The notes: generated by a model not told the origin, from the sequence alone. 64,000 bases of DNA from Candidatus Bathyarchaeia archaeon (GCA_050010755.1 JBEKKK010000002.1:128001-192000), one strand, 5' to 3'; positions 46,533-56,676 are shown, counted from the stretch's first letter. Numbers and translations: made by a program.

Positions 46533-48251
46533 ATGTCTGCCAAGAAAAAGAGCAAGAAAGAACCAAGCCCTATCGAAAAACCTTGGTTCAAGTTTTGGCC
46601 TGAAGATGTTCCTAAACACATCGAGTACCCTAATGTTCCACTTTCTGAAATTTTGAGAAAAACCGCGGATAAAAATCCCAACCAAACCGCAATAATCTAT
46701 TTTAACAGAGGAATAACCTACGGAGAGCTGGATGAAGCCTGTGATCGTTTTGCAGCTGCGCTCGCTGCTCTCGAAGTGAAGAAAGGCGATAAAGTCGCAA
46801 TCTTCCTACCGAACATCCCGCAATTCATAATCTCATATTACGGCACACTGAGGATCGGAGCCATCGAGACCGCTATAAGCCCGTTGTACAAGGAACGCGA
46901 GGTAGAGCATCAGCTCAATGATTCAGAAGCTGAAACCATCGTCGTCTTGGATGCGCTTTATCCAATATTGGAGAAAGTTGTTGCAAAAACCAAGGTTAAG
47001 AGAGTCATCTTTACAGGCCTGAAAGATTTCATGCCGACCGGCATCGCACTGGTGGGTTCACTGCTCAGAAAGATTCCGTCCTATAAGGTTGAGCAAAAAC
47101 CTGGAACATACTCCTTCAAAGAACTGCTGAAAAAACATGGCGAGAAGCCTCCGAAAGTTGACATTGTCCCCCCGGAGGATCTAGCCGCCCTGCAGTATAC
47201 GGGAGGTACGACTGGAATTTCAAAAGGAGCTATGCTAACGCACATGAACCTGGTTTCAAACGCCGTCATGTGTGCCGAATGGCTGAAAGGAAGGAATGCT
47301 GAAGAAAAGTTTCTAACGGTTCTGCCCCTGTTCCACATATACGGAATGACGACGGGGATGAATGCTCCAATATACCTCGCCGGAAAAATGGTCTTGCTTC
47401 CGCGCTTCGATGCGGCTGTCACCCTTGAAGCCATCGAAAAAAACAAGGTTACAGTGTTCTGTGGCGCTCCAACAATGTACGCGATGCTTCTTGCCCATCC
47501 AAAGCTCAACAACTTCGATCTGTCATCTGTTCGCTTCTGCATTTCCGGTTCAGCCCCGCTGCCCCCTGAAATTCAGAAAAAATGGATGGAAGTGACAAAG
47601 GGAGTTCTCGTCGAAGGTTACGGGCTGACGGAGTCTTCTCCCGTCACTCACTGTAACCCTCTTGACCCAACCATGAAAACAGTTAAAGTAGGATCCATCG
47701 GCCTGCCTTGGCCAGACACGGATGCGAAAATCATGGATGCCGAGACCGGGGAAACGGAGCTGGGTGTCAACCAAGACGGAGAGCTTGCCGTCAAAGGACC
47801 TCAAGTTATGAAGGGCTACTGGAAGATACCTGAAGAATCTGGAGCTGTTCTCAGAAACGGCTGGCTCTACACAGGCGACATCGGCAAAATGGATGAAGAC
47901 GGATACTTCTACATCACAGACAGGAAGAAGGATCTCATCAAATACAAGGGCTACAGCGTCTATCCGAGGGAAATTGAAGACGTCATTTATGAACATCCGG
48001 CCGTCAAACTCTGTGCAGTCATCGGTAAACCGGATGCGATCGCAGGTGAGATTCCGAAAGCCTTCATCGTCCTTAAAGAAAGAAAAACTGCAACCGCAGA
48101 CGATATCAAAGAATTTGCGAACAGTAAGATGGCACCCTACAAGGCAGTGAGAGAAGTCGAATTCAGAACTGAGCTGCCAATGACTCTGGTCGGCAAGGTT
48201 CTGAGAAGAGTGCTTCTGGAAGAGGAGAAGGAGAAGACAGCCAAAGCCTGA
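46533..48251 (+). CDS. fadD: Long-chain-fatty-acid--CoA ligase
   Basis: YTGGTTGISKG, LPLFHIYG, EGYGLTE, GWLYTGDI, DRKKDLI, LPMTLVGKVLRR. Confidence 0.93.
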   Translation: MSAKKKSKKEPSPIEKPWFKFWPEDVPKHIEYPNVPLSEILRKTADKNPNQTAIIYFNRGITYGELDEACDRFAAALAALEVKKGDKVAIFLPNIPQFIISYYGTLRIGAIETAISPLYKEREVEHQLNDSEAETIVVLDALYPILEKVVAKTKVKRVIFTGLKDFMPTGIALVGSLLRKIPSYKVEQKPGTYSFKELLKKHGEKPPKVDIVPPEDLAALQYTGGTTGISKGAMLTHMNLVSNAVMCAEWLKGRNAEEKFLTVLPLFHIYGMTTGMNAPIYLAGKMVLLPRFDAAVTLEAIEKNKVTVFCGAPTMYAMLLAHPKLNNFDLSSVRFCISGSAPLPPEIQKKWMEVTKGVLVEGYGLTESSPVTHCNPLDPTMKTVKVGSIGLPWPDTDAKIMDAETGETELGVNQDGELAVKGPQVMKGYWKIPEESGAVLRNGWLYTGDIGKMDEDGYFYITDRKKDLIKYKGYSVYPREIEDVIYEHPAVKLCAVIGKPDAIAGEIPKAFIVLKERKTATADDIKEFANSKMAPYKAVREVEFRTELPMTLVGKVLRRVLLEEEKEKTAKA

Positions 48252-48287
48252 AACATCGTTAATTCTTTGCTCCTTTCCAAAGAAGGG

Positions 48288-49814
48288 CTACACAGGCTCG
48301 TTTATTTTCTTTCCAGTCCTCTTCGTCCACTCTGCTATGGGCACAGAGAACTGTTTTTCCACGTTAGGTCTGTGTATGCTGTTGTAAGTGCAGAAGCATC
48401 TCACCTTGCCATCGGGTGTGGCGTAGTGAATTGCACATCTTTGAACACGATCGATGTCTATGTTCCAAACATCTTGGAAGTGCATGATTCCAATCATAAC
48501 CATTCTGCGCATAAGGTCTCCCATAGCCTCATAGCTTCCCTTGCGTACAACGTTCCCAATCAAGCTTCTAACAAAATCAGATTTTGCCATCGGCAAAAGC
48601 TTGAGCATCTTCATCTTTGCCATCGTCTTTTTGCCCTTAGCTCCTGAGTAAAAGACATCCCAGAAAACGTCGGCAAATTTGTCGACATCTACGTATCGCA
48701 TAATGGGCTTGTAGGAACCATCCTTATCAATAACCAAGAATGTTGCTGCGCCGCACATGGGACTCATCGTGAACTCCGGATAACTTCTATTCTTGACGAC
48801 GCCCATTCCCTTAGCAATCGGAACTGGCCAGTCAACCGGTCTCCAGTCAAACCTGCCGACAACGCCTTTCGTTTGTTCCTCTATCTCTTTCATCGTGTCG
48901 GGAATGGTTATCCGCATTTTTCGCATTTCCTCTTTTCTGGCCTTTCCAGCCATTGAAACTGGCTGAATGTTGATGCAGCGGATAACATCGTGGTTCTTGA
49001 TCGCGAAGTCAATTATCTCTCCCAAGTCCTTGTCGTTGACGCCTTTCGCTAGGGTGACGACCAGAACGATTGAGTCTAGTCCTATCTTTCTCGCGTTTTC
49101 CAGCACCTTCAACTTTATGGGAAGCATGTCAGCTCTTGCTCTGGTTTTCTTGTAGATGTCTTCTCTCAAACCGTCAAACTGAAGATAAAGGGTGCTCAGC
49201 CCTGAGTCCAGCAGTTTCTTAAAATATGTAAGGTCTTCAGCGATGCGAATACCGTTAGTATTAACCTCCACGTGTTCTATGCCTGCTTTTTGGGCCTCCT
49301 TTATCAAATCTGGCAGGTCGTTTCTCAACGTCGGTTCTCCTCCGCTGAACTGCAAGGCGTTGCAGGCCCATGGACTATTGGACCTGAGCACTTTTATCAT
49401 GTCCACAATCTGATCATAGGAAGGTTCATACACGTAGTTGGTGGCTCCCACGTAAGCAAAGCAGATTGGGCAGGCCATGTTGCACCTGTTCGTGACATCG
49501 ATGATCCCAAGAATCGTCGGCGTCTTGTGTTGGGGACAGATTCCACAGTCGAAAGGACAGCCGTCAACCGTGCTGGTGTGCGGTTTCTCCAAGCCGCCGC
49601 CCGCATAGCGGGCACTGTTCCAGTTATCATTGAACCACTTGAAAAGCTCAGCGTCACCCCAGTAGACATCCTCAAACTTGCCATGCTCGGGGCATGTCTT
49701 CTCAAGGTAAATCACGCCCTCATCCTCATATATTCTCATAGGAATTCTTTTCATGCATTCTGGACACAGACTCGTCGAGTAGGTCTCGAACTTTGATTCT
49801 TGTAGCTTCGCCAT
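48288..49814 (-). CDS. tes: Tetraether lipid synthase Tes/GDGT-MAS (radical SAM, MJ0619 family)
   Basis: CPEC...CPEHG rubredoxin-like site, CPFDCGICPQH, CNMACPIC SAM motif, SGGEPT, YLQFDG, C-terminal P.CG and RC.IHYATPDG...FC.YN. Confidence 0.85.
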   Translation of the reverse strand: MAKLQESKFETYSTSLCPECMKRIPMRIYEDEGVIYLEKTCPEHGKFEDVYWGDAELFKWFNDNWNSARYAGGGLEKPHTSTVDGCPFDCGICPQHKTPTILGIIDVTNRCNMACPICFAYVGATNYVYEPSYDQIVDMIKVLRSNSPWACNALQFSGGEPTLRNDLPDLIKEAQKAGIEHVEVNTNGIRIAEDLTYFKKLLDSGLSTLYLQFDGLREDIYKKTRARADMLPIKLKVLENARKIGLDSIVLVVTLAKGVNDKDLGEIIDFAIKNHDVIRCINIQPVSMAGKARKEEMRKMRITIPDTMKEIEEQTKGVVGRFDWRPVDWPVPIAKGMGVVKNRSYPEFTMSPMCGAATFLVIDKDGSYKPIMRYVDVDKFADVFWDVFYSGAKGKKTMAKMKMLKLLPMAKSDFVRSLIGNVVRKGSYEAMGDLMRRMVMIGIMHFQDVWNIDIDRVQRCAIHYATPDGKVRCFCTYNSIHRPNVEKQFSVPIAEWTKRTGKKINEPV

Positions 49815-49948
49815 TCGAACACTTTCCTAAAGCACGAATAAGTAAAAACTGAAGCTGCTAATAAATGGTAAAGTGAGCGACCACACACCAAGTGCATAAA
49901 TCAGAACTCAAGAAGTCAGAGACAACTTTCGCGCACTAGGCCTGGCAA

Positions 49949-50113
49949 CCGATTGTTCTCACGCGTTCCACGACTTGTTACCAAGCATTGTTACCCCGAT
50001 TGTTACCGACGAAAACAGCCGAACCCCAAAGAACAGTTTTTATCTAGAATTTCTACATGGATTATTACTAACAACATTACCACGGTTGTTACCAACAGAG
50101 AGGGGGGGCTGGG
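49949..50113. repeat. Phased TTGTTACC-like direct repeats flanking an AT-rich core, followed by a G-string
   Basis: TTGTTACC at 49975, 49988, 50000, 50086; variants TTATTACT 50062, ACATTACC 50074, TTGTTCTC 49953; G run from 50102. Confidence 0.75.
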
Positions 50114-50206
50114 CCGAAGAGCACGCGTGGCTATTGCTGAACTAATTCCTGGCAAGAGGCATGGTCAAAACGTATATCAAGCATGCTTCTTCACTAACGT
50201 TTAGAG

Positions 50207-52498
50207 TTGGCTGGTCTGTTGCGATTGAAAATTCAAGTCAGTGGTATAGTTCAGGGGGTGGGTTTTCGACCGTTTGTCTATCGAATAGCCTTGCAAAACG
50301 GGCTTTCCGGCTACGTTATGAACCGAGCAGATGCCGGAGTTGAAATACTGGTGGAGGGTCAGGAGCAGGCAGTCCAGGAATTCCTAAAGAATTTGAAAGA
50401 GAACAAGCCCCCCTTGGCCCAGTTTCATCACATCATCACTTCGGAACTTCCTGGAAGGAATGAATGCACAGGATTCGTTATAAGAAAGAGTTCGAACGAA
50501 GCTGAATTGTCAGGTTCGGTCATTCCTCCTGACATAGCCATTTGTGATGACTGCCTAAGAGAGCTTCGAGATCCTGGAAATCCGCGGTTTGAGTACTTCT
50601 TCATCACGTGTACGAACTGCGGACCAAGATTCACTATAATCGAGAAGTTACCTTATGATCGTGACAACACGACTATGCGTGCGTTCCCGATGTGCGACTT
50701 TTGCCTCAGCGAGTACAAGGATCCTCTGAACAGACGTTTCCACGCACAGACTGTAGCCTGCCCAAAGTGCGGCCCACACGTCTATCTCACAGATGCAAAA
50801 GGCGAAGTGTTAAGAGAAAAGGACCCGGTTCGAGAAGCAGGCAAGCTCTTGTCAGAGGGCAACATTCTCGCAATCAAAGGCTACGGAGGTTTCCACGTTG
50901 CCGTATCAACAATCAAATTTGAGTCTTTAACGAGACTGAGAGAAGTCAAGCATCGAAGCCAGAAACCCTTCGCTGTCATGGCTCGAAGCATAGAAGCCAC
51001 CAAAACGTTTGCAGAGGTGAGCAAGAATCAAGCGGAACTCTTGTCTTCATCCGCCCGCCCCATAGTGCTCTTGAACAAGAGCGGAGAATATTACCTGTCC
51101 GATTCAGTTGCTCCAGAGCTTCACAATATCGGCGTGATGCTCCCCTATACTGGGCTGCACTACATGCTGTTTGACAAAGTTGAGGACCCCGCTTTCGTCA
51201 TGACAAGCGCTAACCCACCTAACCAGCCTATAACAAAAGACAATGACGAAGCGTTACGAACCCTCAAAGGCACTGTCGACTTCTTTCTTTTTCACGACCG
51301 CGAAATAGCCTATCGTTGTGATGATTCAGTAGTCCGCACTCACGGCGTCAACAGGGTTTTCATAAGACGATCAAGGGGTTACGCGCCCGCTCCCATAACC
51401 CTCAGAAGGAAGACAAAACGTTGCGTTTTAGCCCTAGGAGGGGAGTTGAACAACACCTCCTGCATACTGAGCGGTGACAAGGCCTTCTTTTCTCAACACA
51501 TAGGCGACGTAGACAACGTCGAAACAAGGGCTTTCCTAGACGATGCCACAAGACACCTTATTCGTCTCACAAACAGCAAGATAGATGCGATCGCATGCGA
51601 TATGCATCCAAAATTCATTACCACACAACTTGCCCATAAGTGGGCAGAAGAGAACAAGTGGCAAACGGTACGCGTGCAACACCATTACGCACACATTGCC
51701 GCACTCATGGTTGAGCACAACGTGGGGGAAATTTTGGGCATTTGCTGCGACGGCTACGGCTATGGAATAGGCGGTGAAGCTTGGGGAGGGGAGATACTAT
51801 TGTGCACCGATGAGGCTTTCGGTTTCAAACGAGTAGCTCATCTCGAAACGCAGCCTCTGATGGGCGGAGACCTAGCTACATATTACCCGCTGAGAATGGC
51901 CGCCGGAATTCTACACGGTCACGCCGACTTGGAAGATTGGCTTCTACGAAATAAACAGCACTTTCCACACGGCGAGAAAGAAATCAAGATAATTCTTCAA
52001 CAGCTGGAAAAAAAACAAAACGCGATAAGAACTACTAGCTGCGGAAGAATATTGGACGCAATTTCAGCCGTTCTGGGCATATGCTATGAACGTACTTACG
52101 AGGGCGAACCATCCATGAAACTCGAATCAATGGCAGCAAAAGGCAAGGATGTACTGAAACTCAAGCCGATAATACGAGGCGACACCCTTGACACAACGCA
52201 AATGCTTCTGGACATTTTCGAAAATAAAGACAAGCATTCTAAGGCAGACTTGGCGTACTCCGCACAGGCGTATCTGGCCAAAGGTCTAGCGGCGTTGGCA
52301 ATCGAAAAAGCGTTCGAGAACGACATCAAAATCGTAGGCTTCTCGGGAGGAGTTGCAGCAAACGAAATCCTGACATTGACCTTGGGAGAAATCGTGAAGA
52401 CTTCAGGCTTGCGATTCCTAGCTCACAGAGACGTTCCGCCTGGCGATAGTGGTTTGTCGTTTGGTCAGGCCGTTGCATCTGCGTTTTTCAATTCCTAG
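50207..52498 (+). CDS. hypF: Hydrogenase maturation carbamoyltransferase
   Basis: GIVQGVGFRPFVY acylphosphatase domain, zinc fingers, HAQTVACPKCGP, QHHYAH, TSCGRILDA, PPGDSGLSFGQ. Confidence 0.96.
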   Translation: MAGLLRLKIQVSGIVQGVGFRPFVYRIALQNGLSGYVMNRADAGVEILVEGQEQAVQEFLKNLKENKPPLAQFHHIITSELPGRNECTGFVIRKSSNEAELSGSVIPPDIAICDDCLRELRDPGNPRFEYFFITCTNCGPRFTIIEKLPYDRDNTTMRAFPMCDFCLSEYKDPLNRRFHAQTVACPKCGPHVYLTDAKGEVLREKDPVREAGKLLSEGNILAIKGYGGFHVAVSTIKFESLTRLREVKHRSQKPFAVMARSIEATKTFAEVSKNQAELLSSSARPIVLLNKSGEYYLSDSVAPELHNIGVMLPYTGLHYMLFDKVEDPAFVMTSANPPNQPITKDNDEALRTLKGTVDFFLFHDREIAYRCDDSVVRTHGVNRVFIRRSRGYAPAPITLRRKTKRCVLALGGELNNTSCILSGDKAFFSQHIGDVDNVETRAFLDDATRHLIRLTNSKIDAIACDMHPKFITTQLAHKWAEENKWQTVRVQHHYAHIAALMVEHNVGEILGICCDGYGYGIGGEAWGGEILLCTDEAFGFKRVAHLETQPLMGGDLATYYPLRMAAGILHGHADLEDWLLRNKQHFPHGEKEIKIILQQLEKKQNAIRTTSCGRILDAISAVLGICYERTYEGEPSMKLESMAAKGKDVLKLKPIIRGDTLDTTQMLLDIFENKDKHSKADLAYSAQAYLAKGLAALAIEKAFENDIKIVGFSGGVAANEILTLTLGEIVKTSGLRFLAHRDVPPGDSGLSFGQAVASAFFNS

Positions 52499-52546
52499 AC
52501 CATAATGAATTTATCGCTCCAAAAGCGTTCGGATATTCTGATAGAG

Positions 52547-52777
52547 ATGTGTTTGGCGATTCCCGCAAAGGTTTTAACCGTTGAGCATGAAAAGGCCAAC
52601 GTTGACTTTGGCGGAGGAGTGGTGAGAGAGGTCAACGTAACCCTTGTAACCGTTGGAGTCGGCGACTACGTATTAGTTCATGCAGGCTATGCCATTCAGG
52701 TTTTGGACAAGGAAGAGGCGTTGGAGACCCTGCGCTTGTGGAACGAGATTCTTGAATTTGAACCTAATCCACAGTAA
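52547..52777 (+). CDS. hypC: Hydrogenase maturation chaperone
   Basis: MCLAIPAKV, GDYVLVHAGYAI. Confidence 0.96.
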   Translation: MCLAIPAKVLTVEHEKANVDFGGGVVREVNVTLVTVGVGDYVLVHAGYAIQVLDKEEALETLRLWNEILEFEPNPQ

Positions 52778-52792
52778 CAGGATCCAGATGAA

Positions 52793-53881
52793 ATGATTCC
52801 AACCGCTAGGTTTAGAGATGAGAATCTTTCGAAACGCGTGGCGCAGAAGATTCATGAAATAGCAAGAGGCTCTCCACTTAAGATATGCCACATTTGCGGC
52901 ACCCATGAGTGGACAATAACGCATTTTGGCATACGAAGCCTTCTGCCATCAAACATAGAGGTGATAGCGGGTCCAGGCTGCCCCGTTTGCATAGTTCCAG
53001 CATCAGAGATCGATGAAGCTGTGGAACTAGCTCTGAAGAAAGTTACGGTAACCTGTTTCGGTGACGTTCTGCGAGTTCCAGGTTCAAAAATGTCTCTTCT
53101 GGATGCTAAAGCCGCAGGGGCTGACGTCCGCATTGTCTACAGTGTCGAGGACGCGGTCAGGATGGCTAGAAACGAGGTTGGCAAGGAATTTGCCTTTTTT
53201 GCTGTAGGCTTTGAAACCACCGCACCGTCAACTGCCGTCGAATTAGCTGGGAAATCGCCGCCTGAAAACCTGAGTTTTCTAATATCTCATCGGCTAATCC
53301 CACCGGCTATGGAGCTTCTCGTAAAGATGAGAGACTTAAGTATCGATGGTTTCATCGCACCAGGCCACGTAAGCACGATAATCGGACTCAAGCCATACGA
53401 AATTTTCCCAAAGACCTACAAGATGCCCACAGTTGTGGCGGGTTTCGAGCCTCTCGACGTCCTATTTTCCATTTACATGATTGTGAAACAGATAAGGGAA
53501 GGCAAGCCTCAGCTCGAGAACGAGTACGTACGTGCCGTGCATGAGGAGGGAAACCTTAAGGCTCAGGAAGTGATGCGTAAAGTTTTCGACATTTCCGATG
53601 GCAACTGGCGTGGGCTAGGAGAAATACCTCATTCCAAACTCCGATTGATTCACCACTATGCAGCATTCGATGCCCTCCTGAAACACAATGTGCGCGTTGA
53701 ACGTGGCGTCGACGTACAACGAGGTTGTCAGTGTCATCTAGTTATAATCGGCAAAACGAAACCCACAGACTGTCCACTATTCATGAAAACTTGCACGCCA
53801 CAAAAGCCTGTAGGCGCTTGTATGGTTGGCAGCGAGGGAACGTGCCGTATTTGGGCAAGGACAGTCAAGAAGCTACAGTGA
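52793..53881 (+). CDS. hypD: Hydrogenase maturation protein
   Basis: CGTHE, GPGCPVC, GFETTAP, PGHVS, CPLF...CTP..PVGACMV..EGTC. Confidence 0.96.
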   Translation: MIPTARFRDENLSKRVAQKIHEIARGSPLKICHICGTHEWTITHFGIRSLLPSNIEVIAGPGCPVCIVPASEIDEAVELALKKVTVTCFGDVLRVPGSKMSLLDAKAAGADVRIVYSVEDAVRMARNEVGKEFAFFAVGFETTAPSTAVELAGKSPPENLSFLISHRLIPPAMELLVKMRDLSIDGFIAPGHVSTIIGLKPYEIFPKTYKMPTVVAGFEPLDVLFSIYMIVKQIREGKPQLENEYVRAVHEEGNLKAQEVMRKVFDISDGNWRGLGEIPHSKLRLIHHYAAFDALLKHNVRVERGVDVQRGCQCHLVIIGKTKPTDCPLFMKTCTPQKPVGACMVGSEGTCRIWARTVKKLQ

Positions 53882-53952
53882 AATGCCGCCCCTAACCAAT
53901 GACTCTTACAGCCCATCTATTCAAAAGGACTGGAAAAGGTAGATCTAACCCT

Positions 53953-55020
53953 CTAACATATTCTTGGCACGGGATCGCCTATCGGTCTCGAAATTATTCT
54001 CTTTCCGCCTATCGTCGTCTGCATTGCGACGCCTGTGAAATCGTTCGTTGCTTCTCCGATGATTTCTGCCTCTTTTCCAGGAAGTGTTGTCCGCAAAAGC
54101 TCCAAGATTTCTTCAGCTCTTTCCTTAACGACCCCTATTACCACTTTCCCTTCATTTCCGATTTCAAGCGGATCCAACCCAAGCATTTCGCACGCTGCCC
54201 TCACATCATTTCTGACTGGTATCTTGTCCTCCACTGTCAATATGCCGACCTGCGATTTCTCGCAAAACTCGTTCAACGCGTCGGCCAAACCGCCTCGCGT
54301 CGGATCCTTCATGGCTACAATACCTCCGACTTCACCCAGCAAACATTGAATCAATCGGTTCAATGGTTTAACATCGGATCTTATGGCGCTTCCAAAACGC
54401 AAACCTTCCTGTGCTGACAAGACGGCTAAGCCATGGTCGCCTATAGTTCCGGACAGGATTATCTTGTCACCAACACAGAGGTTCGAATCCAACGTCCAGC
54501 GAGATTTAAAGCCGCTCCTAAATTGTCTCACAACCTTAAAGTTCCTGTCCAAGGCCACTGTTCGCCTCCCAATCCCAGACGTGTTTATTATGCATCCTCC
54601 CAGACTTCCTTTCTCCACAACCTTGGTGTCTCCAGTAACGATGCTCACGCTTGCTTCAACACATGTTTGTTGCATGCTCGTCAGTATTCTTTCAAAATCA
54701 TCCAAAGTTAAACCCTCTTCCAAAACGAATCCACATGCGAGCGCATATGGTTCTCCCCCGACCATTGAAATATCGTTGACTGTGCCAGAAACTGCTAAGC
54801 GTCCAATATCACCTCCGGGGAAGAATATTGGTTTCACAACGTGCGAATCGCTCTTGAAAACTACGTCACCAACGACGGCGGCGTCATCCATGGCTTCAAG
54901 CGGAACTTCCGCGTTACTGGTTCCTCCGAAATGTTTGATGATGTAGTTCTTGACTAGATCGTGCATGACTGTTCCGCCTGCCCCGTGCAACATCGTGATA
55001 TGTCCACTCTCTTCGTTCAA
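53953..55020 (-). CDS. hypE: Hydrogenase maturation carbamoyl dehydratase
   Basis: HGAGG, DSHVVKPIFFPGGDIG.LAV.GTVND, GDTKVV, DPTRGG, C-terminal PRIC. Confidence 0.96.
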   Translation of the reverse strand: MNEESGHITMLHGAGGTVMHDLVKNYIIKHFGGTSNAEVPLEAMDDAAVVGDVVFKSDSHVVKPIFFPGGDIGRLAVSGTVNDISMVGGEPYALACGFVLEEGLTLDDFERILTSMQQTCVEASVSIVTGDTKVVEKGSLGGCIINTSGIGRRTVALDRNFKVVRQFRSGFKSRWTLDSNLCVGDKIILSGTIGDHGLAVLSAQEGLRFGSAIRSDVKPLNRLIQCLLGEVGGIVAMKDPTRGGLADALNEFCEKSQVGILTVEDKIPVRNDVRAACEMLGLDPLEIGNEGKVVIGVVKERAEEILELLRTTLPGKEAEIIGEATNDFTGVAMQTTIGGKRIISRPIGDPVPRIC

Positions 55021-55161
55021 TCTACCACACTCGCTTTCGACTTGATATCTAACTTCAAAAGTCAAAAATAAACACATCGTACTACAGAGTCGGGCTACTC
55101 AAGCCTCGTGCCAAAAGCGCGTTTAAGGAGAGCAAACAGCTCGGCAAACCTTTGCTTTAGA

Positions 55162-55177
55162 GGAAAACCATATAAAT
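55162..55177 (+). promoter_or_regulatory. BRE/TATA promoter of the ribosomal protein operon
   Basis: ggaaaaccaTATAAAt about 45 nt upstream of the uL22 GTG; SD gaggag. Confidence 0.6.
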
Positions 55178-55219
55178 CACCATACTGCTGTTCATTTGCG
55201 CAACTGAGGAGAATATGAA

Positions 55220-55708
55220 GTGCCAAAATGGGGGTACTCAATAGCAGAAGAAGAACTGGATCCGGAGAAAACCGTGAAAGCCAGTGCACGACAGATTAGT
55301 GTATCCCATAAATCGGCACGAGAAATTTGCAAAACGATTAATGGTATGATGCTCACTCAGGCGAAGCAGTATCTTAAGGATGTCACTGTGAAAAAGAAAC
55401 CTGTCCCGTTCAAGCGTTTCAGGAAAAAATCGGGGCATCGGCACGGGTTGGTAAAGGCGTTTGCTGGTAGATATCCGATCAAAGCTGCTGGGAAGATTCT
55501 GAAGGTACTTGAGGGAGCTGAGGCTAACGCTGAAAATAAGGGTCTCGACACGGATAGACTGCGTATAATTCACGCGGCTACCAGTCAGGCGATGAAGGTT
55601 AAGCGTTTTCAGCCAAGGGCTCAAGGAAGAACCACGCCGAGTTTCAACACTCTTTGCCACGTTGAGATAGCCCTAGAAGAACAGCCAGAGAAGGGAGAAG
55701 GAGCCTAG
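55220..55708 (+). CDS. rpl22: 50S ribosomal protein L22 (uL22)
   Basis: VSHKSAREIC, VPFKRF, GRYPIKAA, PRAQGR. Confidence 0.95.
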   Translation: MPKWGYSIAEEELDPEKTVKASARQISVSHKSAREICKTINGMMLTQAKQYLKDVTVKKKPVPFKRFRKKSGHRHGLVKAFAGRYPIKAAGKILKVLEGAEANAENKGLDTDRLRIIHAATSQAMKVKRFQPRAQGRTTPSFNTLCHVEIALEEQPEKGEGA

Positions 55709-56436
55709 TGTCAGTCGTCAAACACTTCATTACAGACTCCATAAAGAAAACGGAAATCGACGAGTTTCTGCAGAAAAAACTTGAAAGGGCAGGCTATGGC
55801 GGCGTTACCATATCGAAGACGCCCTTGGGAACTCACATAGTTGTTTATGCTATGCGACCAGGTTTGGTGATAGGTCGCGGTGGAGAAACCATAAGAGAGC
55901 TTGCAAGTATTCTGGAGGAGAAATTCAAGGTTTCAAACCCGCAGATTTCTGTTTCTGAAATCGAAATTCCAGAGTTGAATGCTTACGTAGTTGCCTCACG
56001 TGTTGCAAGCGCGCTGCAGAGAGGCGTGCATTTTAGGAGAGCCGGTTTTTGGTCCCTTAACCAAGTCATGGAGGCAGGCGCGTTAGGCGCAGAAATAGTA
56101 ATTAGCGGAAAATTGAGGACTGAAAGGGCAAGATATGAAAAATTCAAAGCCGGATACTTGGTGAAATGCGGGGACCCATCAATAAAATACATGCAAAGAG
56201 CTGAGGTTCATGTTCAACTGAAGCCGGGCATATTCGGCGTAAGAGTCAAGATAATGCCTCCAGACGCAATATTCCCCGACAAGATTAAGATAGTTGAAAA
56301 AGTTCCGCCCGAATTGGAACCGAAAGAGGCAGAAGAAACAGAGGCAAAAACCGAGCAGGAACCATCGGTCGAAGAGGAGAAAGCTGAGGAAACAGGCACT
56401 GACGTGAAAAGAGAGGAAGGGGAGGGAACCGCTTAG
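55708..56436 (+). CDS. rps3: 30S ribosomal protein S3 (uS3) with acidic tail
   Basis: RAGYGG, RPGLVIGRGG, HFRRA, GAEIVISGKL. Confidence 0.96.
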   Translation: MSVVKHFITDSIKKTEIDEFLQKKLERAGYGGVTISKTPLGTHIVVYAMRPGLVIGRGGETIRELASILEEKFKVSNPQISVSEIEIPELNAYVVASRVASALQRGVHFRRAGFWSLNQVMEAGALGAEIVISGKLRTERARYEKFKAGYLVKCGDPSIKYMQRAEVHVQLKPGIFGVRVKIMPPDAIFPDKIKIVEKVPPELEPKEAEETEAKTEQEPSVEEEKAEETGTDVKREEGEGTA

Positions 56437-56676
56437 ATGCCCGTGCTGCGAATGAAAGAGATACGCGACCTGTCTTCTGTCGAAAGAACGGAGAAGCTGG
56501 ACGATTTCAGGACGGAGCTTCTTAGAATGAAGACCATGATCGGCGCGGGTGGAACTGTAGAGAATCCGGCGAGGGTTAAGGCTCTCCGCAAGGCAATAGC
56601 AAAGATTCTGACAGTCGAACACGAGGAAAAGCACGGAATAAGGAAGACCGAACCAAGAAAGAGGAAAAAGAAATGA
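56437..56676 (+). CDS. rpl29: 50S ribosomal protein L29 (uL29)
   Basis: LRMKEIRDLS, ENPARVKALRKAIAKILT. Confidence 0.93.
   Translation: MPVLRMKEIRDLSSVERTEKLDDFRTELLRMKTMIGAGGTVENPARVKALRKAIAKILTVEHEEKHGIRKTEPRKRKKK

Noticed and set aside
46466-46681. Long N-terminal extension of the hydrolase overlapping fadD (similar extensions at 29443-29616 and 29465-29539)
   Set aside because: Artefact of longest-ORF calling; downstream starts remove the head-to-head overlaps
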